From Podarcis liolepis (Eukaryota): DNA of 64,000 nucleotides. Positions 25,112-37,474 of this stretch are shown here, in pieces. Under the pieces are notes generated by a model. It did no database searches and was not told the DNA's origin. It saw nothing but the letters and a program-made list of their open reading frames with translations. How positions within the stretch are numbered: the first letter of the stretch is position 1; each line of letters starts with the position of its first letter. A program made the position numbers and the translations under genes. The stretch lies in assembly GCA_965112155.1 (NCBI GenBank), contig OZ218100.1. One strand, written 5' to 3'.

Positions 25112-26737
25112 TAGTTTGTTTTGAATTTAGATTCGTAGAATCTGGGGATTCCTTCTACTAGGAAAACTGCATCACAATTTTTCTCCTGTGATGATTTTTT
25201 TTTTAAAAAAAGTTTGCTTCCACACTGTTTAATCTGGAACCAAAAGTGGGGCAGCTAGTGCTGGCATTGGCACTGGTATGTGAGCATCTACTGGGGCTGA
25301 TACTGGTATGTAGCAACCGTTATTCTTTTAATAAACAAATACGCTCATGGTGCAGCTAGCATGTGGACCTTTGTTCATTTTTACTGTTAAACTATTGTAT
25401 ATATTTCCACAACCAAATGGTGTTCATTCCATAGTTAATGTGGTTAGCATCAGAAGTAAATGTCACTTACAAGCTTGTGGAAACACTGGGATCATCTACT
25501 GGGGGGGATAAAACTGCACTTGCATATAAAATGACAGCAAAGAGACATATGGCACCTTAAAGGCAGCCTGGAATTGACCAGCATGTTGACTTTTGTACCC
25601 CCAAAAAGGACATTTGAGATCACAGTACCATGGAAGACATGAAGCAGCCAACACTAATTCTGTATCACATTTTGCAAGCAGTACCATCAATTTAGAAATA
25701 AAGTATACTCAGGTGTCATAGGAATCTGGAAAGAAAACATGGGGGTGGGGACTCTCTGGAGGGCAATAGGGCAGGGGCAGAGCTAGCTTGCTCACCCCAC
25801 TTTTCACATTCCCTGTCCATGGTTGGATGGGGCAGGGAACGTTGAAGGTGGGAGATCTGCTACAGTAGTCTCTGGATTATGGGATCCTATTCAAAACACA
25901 AGCATACAGTCACAATCACAAATGCTGGGTGTCTCTGTCTGTAAACGCACAGAGTGATTGAGATCGTAGTTAATCTAAGGAGGTCCAGAGAAAACTGACA
26001 GAAAGGGTACCTCAGGATGCAGCTCTGTTAAAAGAGAGGTAGGATTTAACTGGGCTTTCTCCAAACACACTGGTTTAAGCTCTTTCCTACCAGATCACAT
26101 TCCTTATTAATGTAAGGACTGTACGCTATTGACCAGGGCAGTTAATCAACAGCCAGCCTGTTCATTTTGAAGTCACTGAGCACCCTTGTGATCCCAGGAG
26201 CTCAGCACAAAGATAAAAAATTAGGGCAACGTGGATTTCTGTCCTTTGCTCCTGACACCCCACTGGGCACTCTATTGGGAAACTCCCTTCACAAAACACT
26301 CCAAAAATTAAGTTCCCAAATCAGCACCCTGTCTAAAATGGTAATATAAAAAGGGCCATGTGCTATAGTCTACTAGAGAATAACTGTTCTTGTTTTAACA
26401 TCAACCAAGTGTTTCCCTTTAAAGGTGGACAACCGCTTTACAGGATTTGTTAACTCCATTCGTCCAGATCTGCAGATTTTTCAACAATTTCTCCAGAGAA
26501 CCAACAAGACTTTGTGACTCTTTTCATTTCTGTTACAATTTGTATTATGCAGTACAGGTTCTCATTCAGACGCAAAGGAGAATGCTACCAAGCATGTACA
26601 CAGACACTCTCAATAGCTTGCTCTTTGATTTGTTGATAACATATTGTGTAAGCCACGTGGCTGCAGACGGCAAAAAGCAGAGCCTTTGCAGCACACAAAA
26701 TCATTCTGACTGGAAACAGAAAGCATAAGAAGAGCCC

Positions 26738-26830
26738 AGCTGGGGTGGGGTTTGTTTCTAAATTACCTGTTTTAGGTTTTATTCTGTCAATTTTTATGTT
26801 AAAATTCAATAAAGATCTATACGATTAAAA
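26738..26830 (+). mobile_element. Very short polyA-type retro-insertion (L1-like 3' tail) inside an old minus-strand CR1-like fragment
   Basis: TSD AAGAAGAG(C/T)CC at 26727-26737 and 26831-26841. T-rich body, AATAAA near 26808, short A tail. Confidence 0.6.
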
Positions 26831-29800
26831 AAGAAGAGTCCTCTTGGATCTGGTCAAAGGCCTATCGAGTTCAACATCTTGTTCTTATAGTGACCAATCA
26901 GATGCCAAACCCACAAACAGGACCTGCGCACAACAGCATTCTCCTCACACTACTTTTGTTCAGCCATATCGAGATTGGCAGCCCCTCAGTCCTGCCTCTT
27001 CTCAACTGCTTAGCAGTGTCTCCTCTGCATTTCCCCCCTGCCAAGTTAATTAAATATTTCACAACTAAGTGTCTGAGGTAGAAGATGCATAGATTCTGTC
27101 TCCCAACTGCAGGACACTTAGGAAACTTTTATCACCTACAGGTGGCAACAAATATGACCAGGGGAAGGAAGGTGTGTTTACAAGGGGCCTGATGGATAAG
27201 AGTGGTATAACTGTTTAACAGCTGAATCATGAAAGCAGACTTGCAGTGTCTGTGTTTACGTCAGTGCTCAGTCATAGACTGGGACCTATGAAAATCCAGC
27301 ACAGCCCCCAGAAACCCCAAGACCTTGATCACATCTTTTTGGAACTGATTCCATGTGCGAGTTAAGTACAAGGCATGATACCAAAACTGGGCAAGAAGCC
27401 AGAGATAACAATGAACAAGTATTGGCTGCCTTTACATGTAACACTAAACCAACATTTGGCACTCTGTGGATTAGATGCAAAGATCAAAGATCTGGTCTCA
27501 CCCATTCCTTCTTCCCCTTGCACAGCCAGGAAGCAAACTTCTGTGGAAATTAGTTTTACTTGTTACAAAGCCAGGAATATTGGGTTACACTAAACTGCAG
27601 TTAGTTAAACAAGCCAGCATCATAACTTATGGCTTGAAGTGGGCTTGCTTTTAAAACTGATCAGATTTGCTGTAAGCCAGGATTCCTGGTTTGCATGACA
27701 ATGACAAGCCAGAATTCTTTGCAAATTCGCCTCCCCAGCCACACAGGAAGAGGAGAGATGTGCTCATCAACTTAGTGTTAAGTCATGACTTGGAATTATT
27801 ATCATTTTTAAGTGTATTACCCACTCTTCGCCAGCAGGTCTCACACATCTCAGGTAGACGAATTTAGGACTGCAACCTCTGGGACTTCTAACAGTTCCCA
27901 GCAACAATCAAAATTCAGCACTCTGAGTCAGTTGTGGTTTTTTGTTTTCCTTAGATTTGTACATCCTATTGATATTTTGAAGTTGGATTCTCAAAAAAAT
28001 TTAAACTTTAAAAAAAATCAGAGAGGGGGGTGTGTGTGTGTGTGCGCACCATAGTTCAGTGCAGTCATAGAAGCTCCCACTTAACATGCCAACTTTATGT
28101 ATAACATACAAAAGTCATACACAACTGTATAGCTGGGAGCGTTTAATCTTAGTGACTCAATGTCTCCTGACTGCCTGGCATGCTCAACTACGAAGAATGA
28201 TTTTGCAGCGGAAACTGCTAACTCCTGCATATTGAGTTTCACAACCTGCGCATCACCGTGGCATTTTATTCACCTCAATTTGAAACACCACTGCAATCAT
28301 TTTACAATCTGTCCTTATATAATAAAAAAGGATCAGTCCTTTACAACTAGGCACTGTCAGCAGAAGTTAAAAGCAGGATTCGCTTCGTGTCCATTGCACA
28401 TGTGACCTTCTTATTTAAATAAAGCAATCATTCACTTCAGCTTAAGTGCAAAACATACACACTAAGAATTGAAGAATTCTGAGGCCAGGTGTTTGTTTTT
28501 GAGTTCACTGTCCTTCCAAGCAACCCTGTCACCACCACTTCTGGTTACCTCTCCCAGATTTTTTTCATTTCAGTAGTATAATTTGAGGATAATTTGATGA
28601 TAATTTGAGAGGGGTCCTTTTGTTGCTGCAATTATTTAACAATTGAGAGTCAGGAATCATTGCAATCTACTCTCTACCACGCAACAATCGGGTTGGTGGG
28701 TGTGTGTGCGCGCACGCACGCACGCACGCACAGGCCAGTGGTGGTGGGAGCCAGAGGTAAGGTGAGGTCAAAGACAAAGAATGGGTGGAGCAAAAGATGC
28801 AACTCTTGCCTTTGCTACAGCCAATTTAAAGCAGCAGTTTCTATACATGCACATCTTCAACCTTCGTCCAGAAAAGCAAGAGTTTAGGAACACATCCCAG
28901 CTAAGCAGAAGCACTTAAAGAGGTTGTGGAGCAGGGGCAGGGCTAGAACCAACCTGAGCCACTCCAATGGGTGCAGAAATTTCTAACGCAGTCTCAGACT
29001 AACTGTTGAAGTGTCTCCATAATAATGAAGCCTAAAGATCTGGCAATAAACCAGGGTGACAGAGCTAGAATGATTTTCATTTGTCTTGCAACCAAATTTC
29101 CAACTTCAAAGAAGCAAGCTTATTTATATTACAATATTTCACCATCAAAATTGTTTCTCCTTCTCCTTTAGCAGAATGTGATCAACCTGATTTGACACCA
29201 AACCAAAGCAAACTAAGGCAAACATCCTCTGCATTACAGGGGGTCAGTATTTTCTCTCTGATTTCACAGTTTCTAGATCTGGCCTCAAGCAATCTGTATT
29301 ATGCTCTCTGGGTGGTTCGGGAATATTTGGATATGCCCATAAAACACAAGGAAACTGGTGTTCCATGAACACTTGGTCACTTTTCTTCTAAGTTTAGTAT
29401 AATAAGATACTAACAATGCTACTGAATTACAATTGCTATACTATTCCAAAAACCAGAAGGCCACTTTTTGCTTACAAACCAGTGCTAATATTTTGCTTCA
29501 TTGTCAGCCTTTGTTCCCACAGTCAGCATAAATGGATTTCCCAGTGGTAAGTATTCTAACCCTATGGTTCTCATAATTCATTTGGTCTGAATTATTGATA
29601 AGCTTTTCGGAAAAATGGAAAAGGGTCACACAGATAAGCCAATTCTTTCTTGGATAAAACCCATAAATTATATATAAATATTGATATATCAGGACATAAC
29701 ACAAGTTTCTCCTACAGAATACATTTTGCTTTGTTTACAGAGATGGACAATATTCACAGCTGTAGTCATGGCAATCTACAACAAATCATGAGCATTCCAT

Positions 29801-29974
29801 GGGCTGGTATGCAGATGCAATATTAGCCAATCATTAACCATGGTTTTTCTTTTAGTCTTTCTTGCTGGTTAAGAATTTTAGTGTGGCATTTGAAGGCATA
29901 ATTGTTATGTTTTTAGTCCTGCTTTAAATTTAATTTATTGTAGGTTGCCTAGAGAATTATATTATGAGGGCATT

Positions 29975-29983
29975 CTATCTATC

Positions 29984-30030
<47 letters not shown>

Positions 30031-30047
30031 ATCAATCATCTATCTAT
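29975..30047. repeat. (TCTA)n microsatellite at the end of an old L2-like tail
   Basis: Imperfect TCTA array. Confidence 0.9.
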
Positions 30048-30089
30048 CCAGCCACTATTCAATAATAAGGGATAGGTAAAAGTACTAGA

Positions 30090-30201
30090 AGTCTCGAAGC
30101 TACCACCATGAGTTTGACCAAGACAGGAGTGCCTGGCATGCTCTGGTCCATGGGGTCACGGAGAGTCGGACACGACTAAACGACTAAATAATAACAACAA
30201 C
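30090..30201 (+). mobile_element. BovB (RTE) LINE 3' terminal fragment
   Basis: gcctggcatgctctggtccatggggtcacggagagtcggacacgactaaacgact with a (CAA)n tail is the recalled BovB 3' end. Perfect 11-bp TSD AAAGTACTAGA at 30079-30089 and 30202-30212. Confidence 0.88.
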
Positions 30202-31687
30202 AAAGTACTAGAGGACTATACACTGCCACCAACCCCACTTCTAGCTATGGTTTGGCATTACATCTGCACATATGTTAATACGAACTTGGGTATGCTCTTA
30301 ACCCAATATATGAAATATTGTGTGGGTTACATTGGACAATTCATTGTCATTCTCCCACCCATATACATGGCCCACTAGCAATGTATTTGCACTGACCCTA
30401 TAAATAACTGACCAACTATAGTTTAACAGAGTATCATAGATGCAGCAGCAAAGTGCTCATAAATATACTATTTTTATAAACTACGCTAGGAAAGTCATGA
30501 TTAGTGGTTTCCTGTGAATTATTAAACAGCCAAATATTTGAAACTGTTTGAAAAGGATTTAAGTGAACTATTCTGAGTGTGCCTTGTTCCATCTGTTGAA
30601 AAATTATTCTCAAACAATACAAAAGCCAAGATGATTAAAGGTCACTGATACATAGCAAAGCACCTTATTTCAAACCAGAAGAGGGGAAAAATTAATTATA
30701 ATTGCAAAAAACTATTCCAGCCACATTTTAGACATAGCATCCAATTATCCATTTCATTTTCATTTACACCTCATGGGCAAGATCATTTATCATGTTTCAC
30801 GATAATGACCAGAAGGCACACAGAGAGTGATTTCTAGAGGTAACAAATTACAGACCATATTAGCATAAGCTTACAAGATCTCATCAACAAGTACTATGCA
30901 TAAATATGGGGTAATTACATTTACAATGAGCAGGAATGGTTGATACGCTACCTTCTTCATTAGCAGCTGCCAAAAAAACAAAACAAAAAACTGGTTCCTA
31001 ATTGAACATCCTGGTTTGCTTGCTTAAGTACAGTAATTTAGATCCTTATAACAAATCAGGAATCACTGTGTTGCTGGAGCACCAGCCAGGTAGGCATTGT
31101 AGTGGCTCATGATCTGGAGATGAATCTTTCATCATCAAGTATTATTACTTCTTGCTACCAAGCCATCCATCATGCTGCTGAGACAGCTTGGAAAGATAGT
31201 GCTGGACCCTCACATTACTGCTCCTTGAACTCTGTCTCATCCATCTTTTGCATCATGCCTGATTTGCAGCTAAGTATCATCTCCCTGCTGCAAAACCAAG
31301 TGTGAACCCCATAATGCCTCTAACCTAGAGTGCCACTCTAATAGTAATTGATTTCTTTTTACTGCCGTGCTCAGGACTTGGAAAGCTCATCTGTGGTTAC
31401 TGACAAAGAAGACAACCATACAGAATTTAGATTTTTGCTGTAGGAAAAAGTAAAGTTGCTTCTTTATTCCACCATGTTATATGTGCCATGGATGCATTTT
31501 TTATATTGATGCACATACATGCACACAATATATAATATTACAAGCATACAGTGGGTGCACATCCACAAACATACAAAACACAGACATATAAGTATTGTTT
31601 AAACAAAATAATCTCAGGTGCAATACACAGTATTCAACATTTCAGGCTGCTCAAGTTGTCAGCAATTCAATTTGACACTGTAAGATG

Positions 31688-31689
<2 letters not shown>

Positions 31690-31728
<39 letters not shown>
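31690..31728. repeat. (AC)n microsatellite
   Basis: Pure AC run. Confidence 0.95.
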
Positions 31729-31730
<2 letters not shown>

Positions 31731-34079
31731 CACACACCCAGTGTACAAAAATAAGGGGAAATTATTATTAACCCCAGATTCACTCATTCAAACAATGTCT
31801 GCTTTAAAACCTCAGCAGACCATAAACCACCCAAGATTAAGTATAGTAATTCAGCTTCATCTGAATGCTGCTATAAAAGTTTAATACATCAAAATGATCA
31901 AAATGCCCCCAGTGGCAGGTTGGGATTCTGTTTCCAATTCAAATTCTCTTTAATATATGGCTTCACTGACATCTTGCATTTTCTACCATCTAGGTTGAAT
32001 TCCAAGCGGCTTCCTTCTTCATCATTACTATACATCGGCTCACCAATCCAGCACAACACTACAGAGATGTCAAACCCAGTAGATTTTTCTTTTGTACCCA
32101 ACAGTGAGTGGCAGATAGGAATCATTTAAATAAATACTGTGAAAGCCTTCCTGCTGGATTTCCCCAAGCACTCATTTTTTTAAACAAACCTAAGTATGGG
32201 AAGAGATTGAAGGGAGAAGCAAAGCTAGCAACAAAATCTAAGAACAATAAAAAACTGGAATTTAGTTCTGCTTTAGTACACCTATAAACATGCCTTAATT
32301 TCTTGTTAAATATGGACAATCTGAGCAAGTCATGAATACATTCTACACTCTTACAGGAACAGATACAAATTCAAAGAGCAATGGTGATGTCTGGATTGCA
32401 CTAATATAATCTGTTCCCAGAAATGAACAGTTTCATTGCATCAGTTCTTATAATCTGTATCTGTATGTGCATCAGTGCTGGTTGGGTCATTAACCAGTCA
32501 ATGCAAGCAAACAACACTCTGCTCACTATAAATAACCATATTTAACAGTTTCCACGTCATGCAAGGATAGTTTTATAATTTAAACATATTGGTGTTTACC
32601 AGTTCAAGAAAACCTAACCAAGCACATTTTGGATATGAATAGCCAACTGGCTATTTGCTTCATTACAAAATATTTATGGGACCTACAGCCTGTTTTCCTA
32701 CAAACTTATACATAATTTGTATCTAACGCGCTAATCAAATTTGAGATAGAAATATAAAGTTTAATTTTAGTAGTAAAAATATCTTGTTTATTCTAAGAGA
32801 TGCAGCACTCAAATGAAATGTTTTGGCTCTCAAGCCTGGAGGATTTGTGCTCTATTTTTAGTCTGCTGACTATCTGAAAAAGTAAAGCAGCACAAGCAAC
32901 AGGGCAGGGAAGTTCAGGCTGTTACACAACACCATCTGAGTAGCCTACATAGCTCGGTCAATGAGGTCCAAGTGCCCCTCTAAGACTTGAGTATCTGGAA
33001 TAAGATTCACTTAAGGGCCCTTGAGTCGTGCAATGTATTCAGCACTTGGGTCACATATATGTTACATAACCAAAGTTTTTGTGCTGCATGTAACATGTTA
33101 CTTTTAGCTAATTTCTCAGTTTTGGTAAATTAACACAGGACTTTACTATATAATAAGGGCCACCAGCCTTTTGGGGCCTGTGGGCACATTTGCAAATTGA
33201 AGAAACTGCTGTGGATAACACACACACCACAACAAACTGCACACCACAATGTAGTTCACTGGCTACAAAAGAATGCTTTCTAGGTCTAATTTCAGTGGGA
33301 AGGAAATGGGGACATGGTGTGTACCAAGGAAGGCCTCTGTGGGCACATTTGAATGAGCCTTTTCTGTGGTGACTCCCCATCTGTGAAATGTTCTCCCCAG
33401 AGAGGGTCACTTACTGCCGTCATTACATGATGACAGTGAAAACATTTCTCTTTATCCAGGCTTTCAGTCACGAAATAATATACGGCCTGTTAAATGTGTG
33501 TGGAGGAGAATATTATTATGATTGTTATTGTTATTATATTTTTATAAAATGGATTTTTACACATACAGTATTCTGTTTTCCTTTCCACAAGTAGCTAAAT
33601 GCACATGGTTTGATTTTGGATGTGATATTTGAAATTTCATGCGAATGTCAGAGTTGATGAAAATGAACCTTACCCCTGCCACACAGTCTTACAATTTCAA
33701 TGCTCCTCCAAGGCATTTACAAATGGTACAAAAAGGGATCGATTATCAGTTTTCCTGAGAGATATGTGCCTTTTTCTTTCTTAAGAAAGAGCCTTTTGTT
33801 GTTGTTGTTGTTTGGGGGGGGGGGGACTTGACTGGATCATTAGAATAACGCCAGGCACCAAATTCATTTAAAGATATTGAAGGAATATTTAGGAGATTAT
33901 TCACTCTAATTAGTTTTGTCAGCCTACGCAAAACTAGTCAGATCCCTTGGAGGAGAAATGGCATAAGACACCTATTAATACAAATACTAAAGTGTCAAAG
34001 CTGTGGCATGGAAATCAATTAAAATCTATAACTCTCAGCTCGTCACAGGTCACAAGCACTGCATTATTGACATGGCACA

Positions 34080-34400
34080 CCTTTGGCAAACATAATTCAA
34101 CTATAAACATTGTATAGAATCCACAGAAGTGACCAGATAAGGAATGGTCACTGGGAGGAATGCAGAGAGAAGAAATGCCATGGTGCACTTGTAACAGCAA
34201 AACTGTACACCTTCATCTACCCCAGCTGCAATAAAACATGTCTCTCCGGCATCTGTCTCTACAGCTACAGCAGGAGCTGTAACTCTCCAATGGTTTGACT
34301 CGATCTCCAAAGGCACAGTCTTCCACTGTCTCCTGAGACAGACAGATGCCAACAAACCCCTTTGGTAAACATAATTCAACTATAAAATTTCTATAGAATC
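34080..34400. repeat. 42-bp direct repeat pair, 279 bp apart
   Basis: cctttggcaaacataattcaactataaacattgtatagaatc (34080-34121) versus cctttggtaaacataattcaactataaaatttctatagaatc (34359-34400). Confidence 0.85.
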
Positions 34401-34522
34401 TTCCCTGTGAAATCAAAAGAATGCAATGAAAAGTCACCTAAGCTCTACTACAGTTCATGAAAGTAATGTGAAGGAGTCTCAGTGACAAGTCTAGATGTTG
34501 GCTAGCAATAACTTGTATGAAT

Positions 34523-34690
34523 GGGGAAGGGTCATAGTTCAGTGGTAGATCCCCTTGCTTTGTATCCAAACGGTTCTGGGTTCAATCCCTCTAGGTAATG
34601 CTGGGAAATGCTACTGTCTGAAACTCTGGACAGGCACCACCCATTGGTGGAGACAATATGAGTTGGCTGGACAAAGGGTCTGATTTAGTA
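34523..34690 (+). mobile_element. tRNA-derived SINE (Squam3-like), diverged
   Basis: A box tagttcagtggtag, B box ggttcaatccc, body tgaaactctgga...gtggagacaata...tggacaaagggtctga. Interrupted near its 3' end by a MITE. Confidence 0.7.
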
Positions 34691-35196
34691 CAGTGGTACC
34701 TTGGTTCTCAAACGCCTTGGTACTCAAACAACTTGGACCCAAACACTGCAAACCCAGAAGTGTGTGTTTTGGTTTGCAAACTTTTTCTGGAAGCCGAACA
34801 TGCTCCTTTTTGAGTGTTACGCTTCCGTTTTGAGTGCCACACTTCCGTTTTTGAGTGTTACGCTGAGGTCTGTCTGTTTTTGCTATTTATTTTGTGTATG
34901 TTTTTTGCAGCACTTTTTGTTTTGTTTTGTGATTGTGTGGTAACCAGTTCAGCTACTGATTGACTGATTGTGTGACTGCAGTACATTGTTTATTGCTTTC
35001 ATTTTATGGATCAGTGGTCTCATTAGATAGTAAAATTCATGTTAAATTGTTGTTTTAGGGGTTGTTTTTAAAAGTCTGAAATGGATTAATGCATTTTGCA
35101 TTACTTTCTATGGGAAAGGGTGCCTTGGTTTTGGAACGCTTTGGTTTTGGAACGGACTTCCGGAACAGATTAAGTTAGAGAACCAAGGTACCACTG
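34691..35196. mobile_element. Tigger/pogo-type MITE (506 bp)
   Basis: TA|CAGTGGTACCTTGGTTCTC...GAGAACCAAGGTACCACTG|TA; perfect 19-bp TIR. Confidence 0.93.
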
Positions 35197-36119
35197 TACA
35201 TGACATGCTCCTCTGTCATATTTCTAGACATTTATACATGAAACTTCCAATTTTCAAGTAATAAAGACAAAAATATATTAACACAAAGCTTCTCTCAACA
35301 GAGTAATATATATTTTTATTTTTAAATTCTACCATGCCTACTTTCATCCTCCACAATGGCATGCCAGTTGCAACTGTTAAACTGCACACCTTAAATATAT
35401 AGTCAATCTAACATACTCGGGCAATCAGACAAGGCTAGTTTTAACACACATTTTATCAGCAGCTGCTGTTATTCATCTTCCATTCACTAATAACCCGTGT
35501 TGTCAAAGTTTGTCTTCTACAAGCTGAAGATATTCTCATTACTCAAAATGATATGGAAGCAATACTCAGAACATGACAAAGTAAATTGCATTTCATCGTA
35601 TCTTTTTTCTTCTTCCTGCGGCTGAGGGAACACGTAGATCGATACTCTTCAGCATGGGAACTCCACACTGAAATTTTCATTTGTTTCAAACAGCAACAAA
35701 AAGACCTTAAGCATGCCCTGTCACTTTCGGTTTAGGAAGAAATGCACTAATAAACTCTTACCCCTGGGTCATCTTTGACAATGGGCAATACTATGCCAGC
35801 TCTTATTAAAGGCAATTCGTATCAGTGGCCCAAAAATTTCCTTTAAAATTACCATCTTTTGTATCCATGTAGCAGGATGTCAGCTTTAAAGTGCCATCGA
35901 GATATAGGACCTGTCACTATAGTTAATTTTCAGCAGAGTTTTAACACCAGGGTAGCTTATCCCCCAGGGTATGTTTTTGACTAACGAGGTTTATTTGGTG
36001 GTTATCCAGACAAACAAGGAAGCATTACTACTGCATATTGCTTTTCAAATATAGCGGGAAGCAAGGAAATCTATGTACTCAAGCTTTAAGCTGATGCAGC
36101 CAATAACTAAGGTCTTCGT

Positions 36120-36120
<1 letters not shown>

Positions 36121-36159
<39 letters not shown>
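36121..36159. repeat. (TAGA)n microsatellite abutting a Penelope-like element
   Basis: Pure TAGA array. Confidence 0.95.
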
Positions 36160-36412
36160 TCCAGTAGCATCTTGGAGACTAACTAAGTTTGTTCTGGGTA
36201 TGAGCTTTTATGTGCATGCACACTTCTTCAGATACACAGAAACATATGTCGCCAGACCCTTATATATTCTTCTGTTTCAGTGTATCTGAAGAAGTGTACA
36301 TGTACACAAAAGCTTACACCCAGAACAAACTTAGTTGGCCTCTAAGGTGCTAATGGACATTATATATATATATTTTCAACTGCGTCAGACCAAAACAGCT
36401 GCCTACCTGAAT
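36160..36412 (+). mobile_element. Penelope-like element with inverted duplication; two degenerate hammerhead motifs
   Basis: Arms 36160-36244 and 36273-36357 are imperfect inverted repeats, each with gtatCTGAAGAag...aaagct. Ends with the family terminus gtcagacca...cctacctgaat. Possible TSD CTAAG(G/A)TCTT at 36107-36116 and 36413-36422. Confidence 0.8.
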
Positions 36413-36664
36413 CTAAGATCTTAGGTAGAACTCAACGAGTTGTTGAAAATATATTTATGTTTCATTTCGTTTTGACAAAATTTATAGACCACTTAATCAA
36501 ATCAAACCTCTAAGCAGCGTATATAAAATAGTATAAAATATAATTTGTAAAACTTTTAAATACTTTAAGAACTTGAAATAAAAATGAAATGATGACTTTG
36601 AAAATGTCAGCATTCCTCAATGGGAGACAAAATTTATTTCCTTAACTTTGGTCTAGAACTGAGA

Positions 36665-36823
36665 TACACACCATACAGTTGAAGCCCATTTAAAGCACAC
36701 AACCCTCCCCAAAGAATCCTGGAAATTGTAGTTTGGAAATTGCAGCTTTGTCAGGAATCAACTACAGTTCTCAGAATCCTTGCGAGAAGGATGGACCTTG
36801 AATGTATTGTGCATGCGCACAGC
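36665..36823. mobile_element. Old palindromic MITE, related to 55856-56000
   Basis: cacaccataca...tttaaagcac...ggaaattgtagttt...aactacagttctc...tgaatgtattgtg; shares these motifs with 55856-56000. Confidence 0.5.
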
Positions 36824-37299
36824 TTTAGTACAAAAAGAAACTTCCTATATTCTTTGTACAATTTGTGATAAAGTACCACAGTGTCCCGTGACCTTCATTC
36901 CAGGGGAACCAAACCTAGGGTAAGTGCTGGAAACTATGATGTCTCTCACCACTCAGAGATTTCTGTACACATAACAATATTAAGTACAGTAAGGCTATAG
37001 AAAAGTAATAATGAATGGGAACATTTAAGTCAGGTTTTCATCTCTATTGGTATAAAAACAAAGCAAACTCCATGGAATAAATATTTAAACATTTTTATGT
37101 CATTAAATATCATTTAGATAATCTGTGGTTTTCTAAATAGAAACCAGCCACTTTTGTTTTATTCCATGAGGATTCCAGCAACGTCCAATTGGCTTCTCCT
37201 CTCTATATCACTTGAGTTCAAGGTATTATCAAGATAAACACATTTTTATTTTTAAAACATTTGATGTCAGCAATCAGAAAAGAATTTTATTTTTTTTAC

Positions 37300-37474
37300 C
37301 TCGAACAATAAGCTGAGCAAAGTTGGAGACTCCAGATCCTCTCTCAGACTGAGTAACACAGCGATATAAATCCTGATCTGTTTTTGTCACTTCCTGAAGT
37401 TTAAAGGTAGCAGCAAATCGTCTGTGATTTATGTTTTTAGTTAGGGCCACAGGAATGTCTTCTCCATTTCGTCT
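37300..37474 (-). CDS. PTPRK: PTPRK coding exon (175 nt, probably exon 6), second half of Ig domain
   Basis: Encodes RRNGEDIPVALTKNINHRRFAATFKLQEVTKTDQDLYRCVTQSERGSGVSNFAQLIVR+G, including the Ig DxxxYxC motif. Acceptor ttttgttccag, donor G|gtaaaa. Phase 0 to 1. Confidence 0.98.

Noticed and set aside
34080-34400. CRISPR-like repeat-spacer interpretation of the direct repeats
   Set aside because: Only two repeats, a 237-bp spacer, a vertebrate context and no cas genes.
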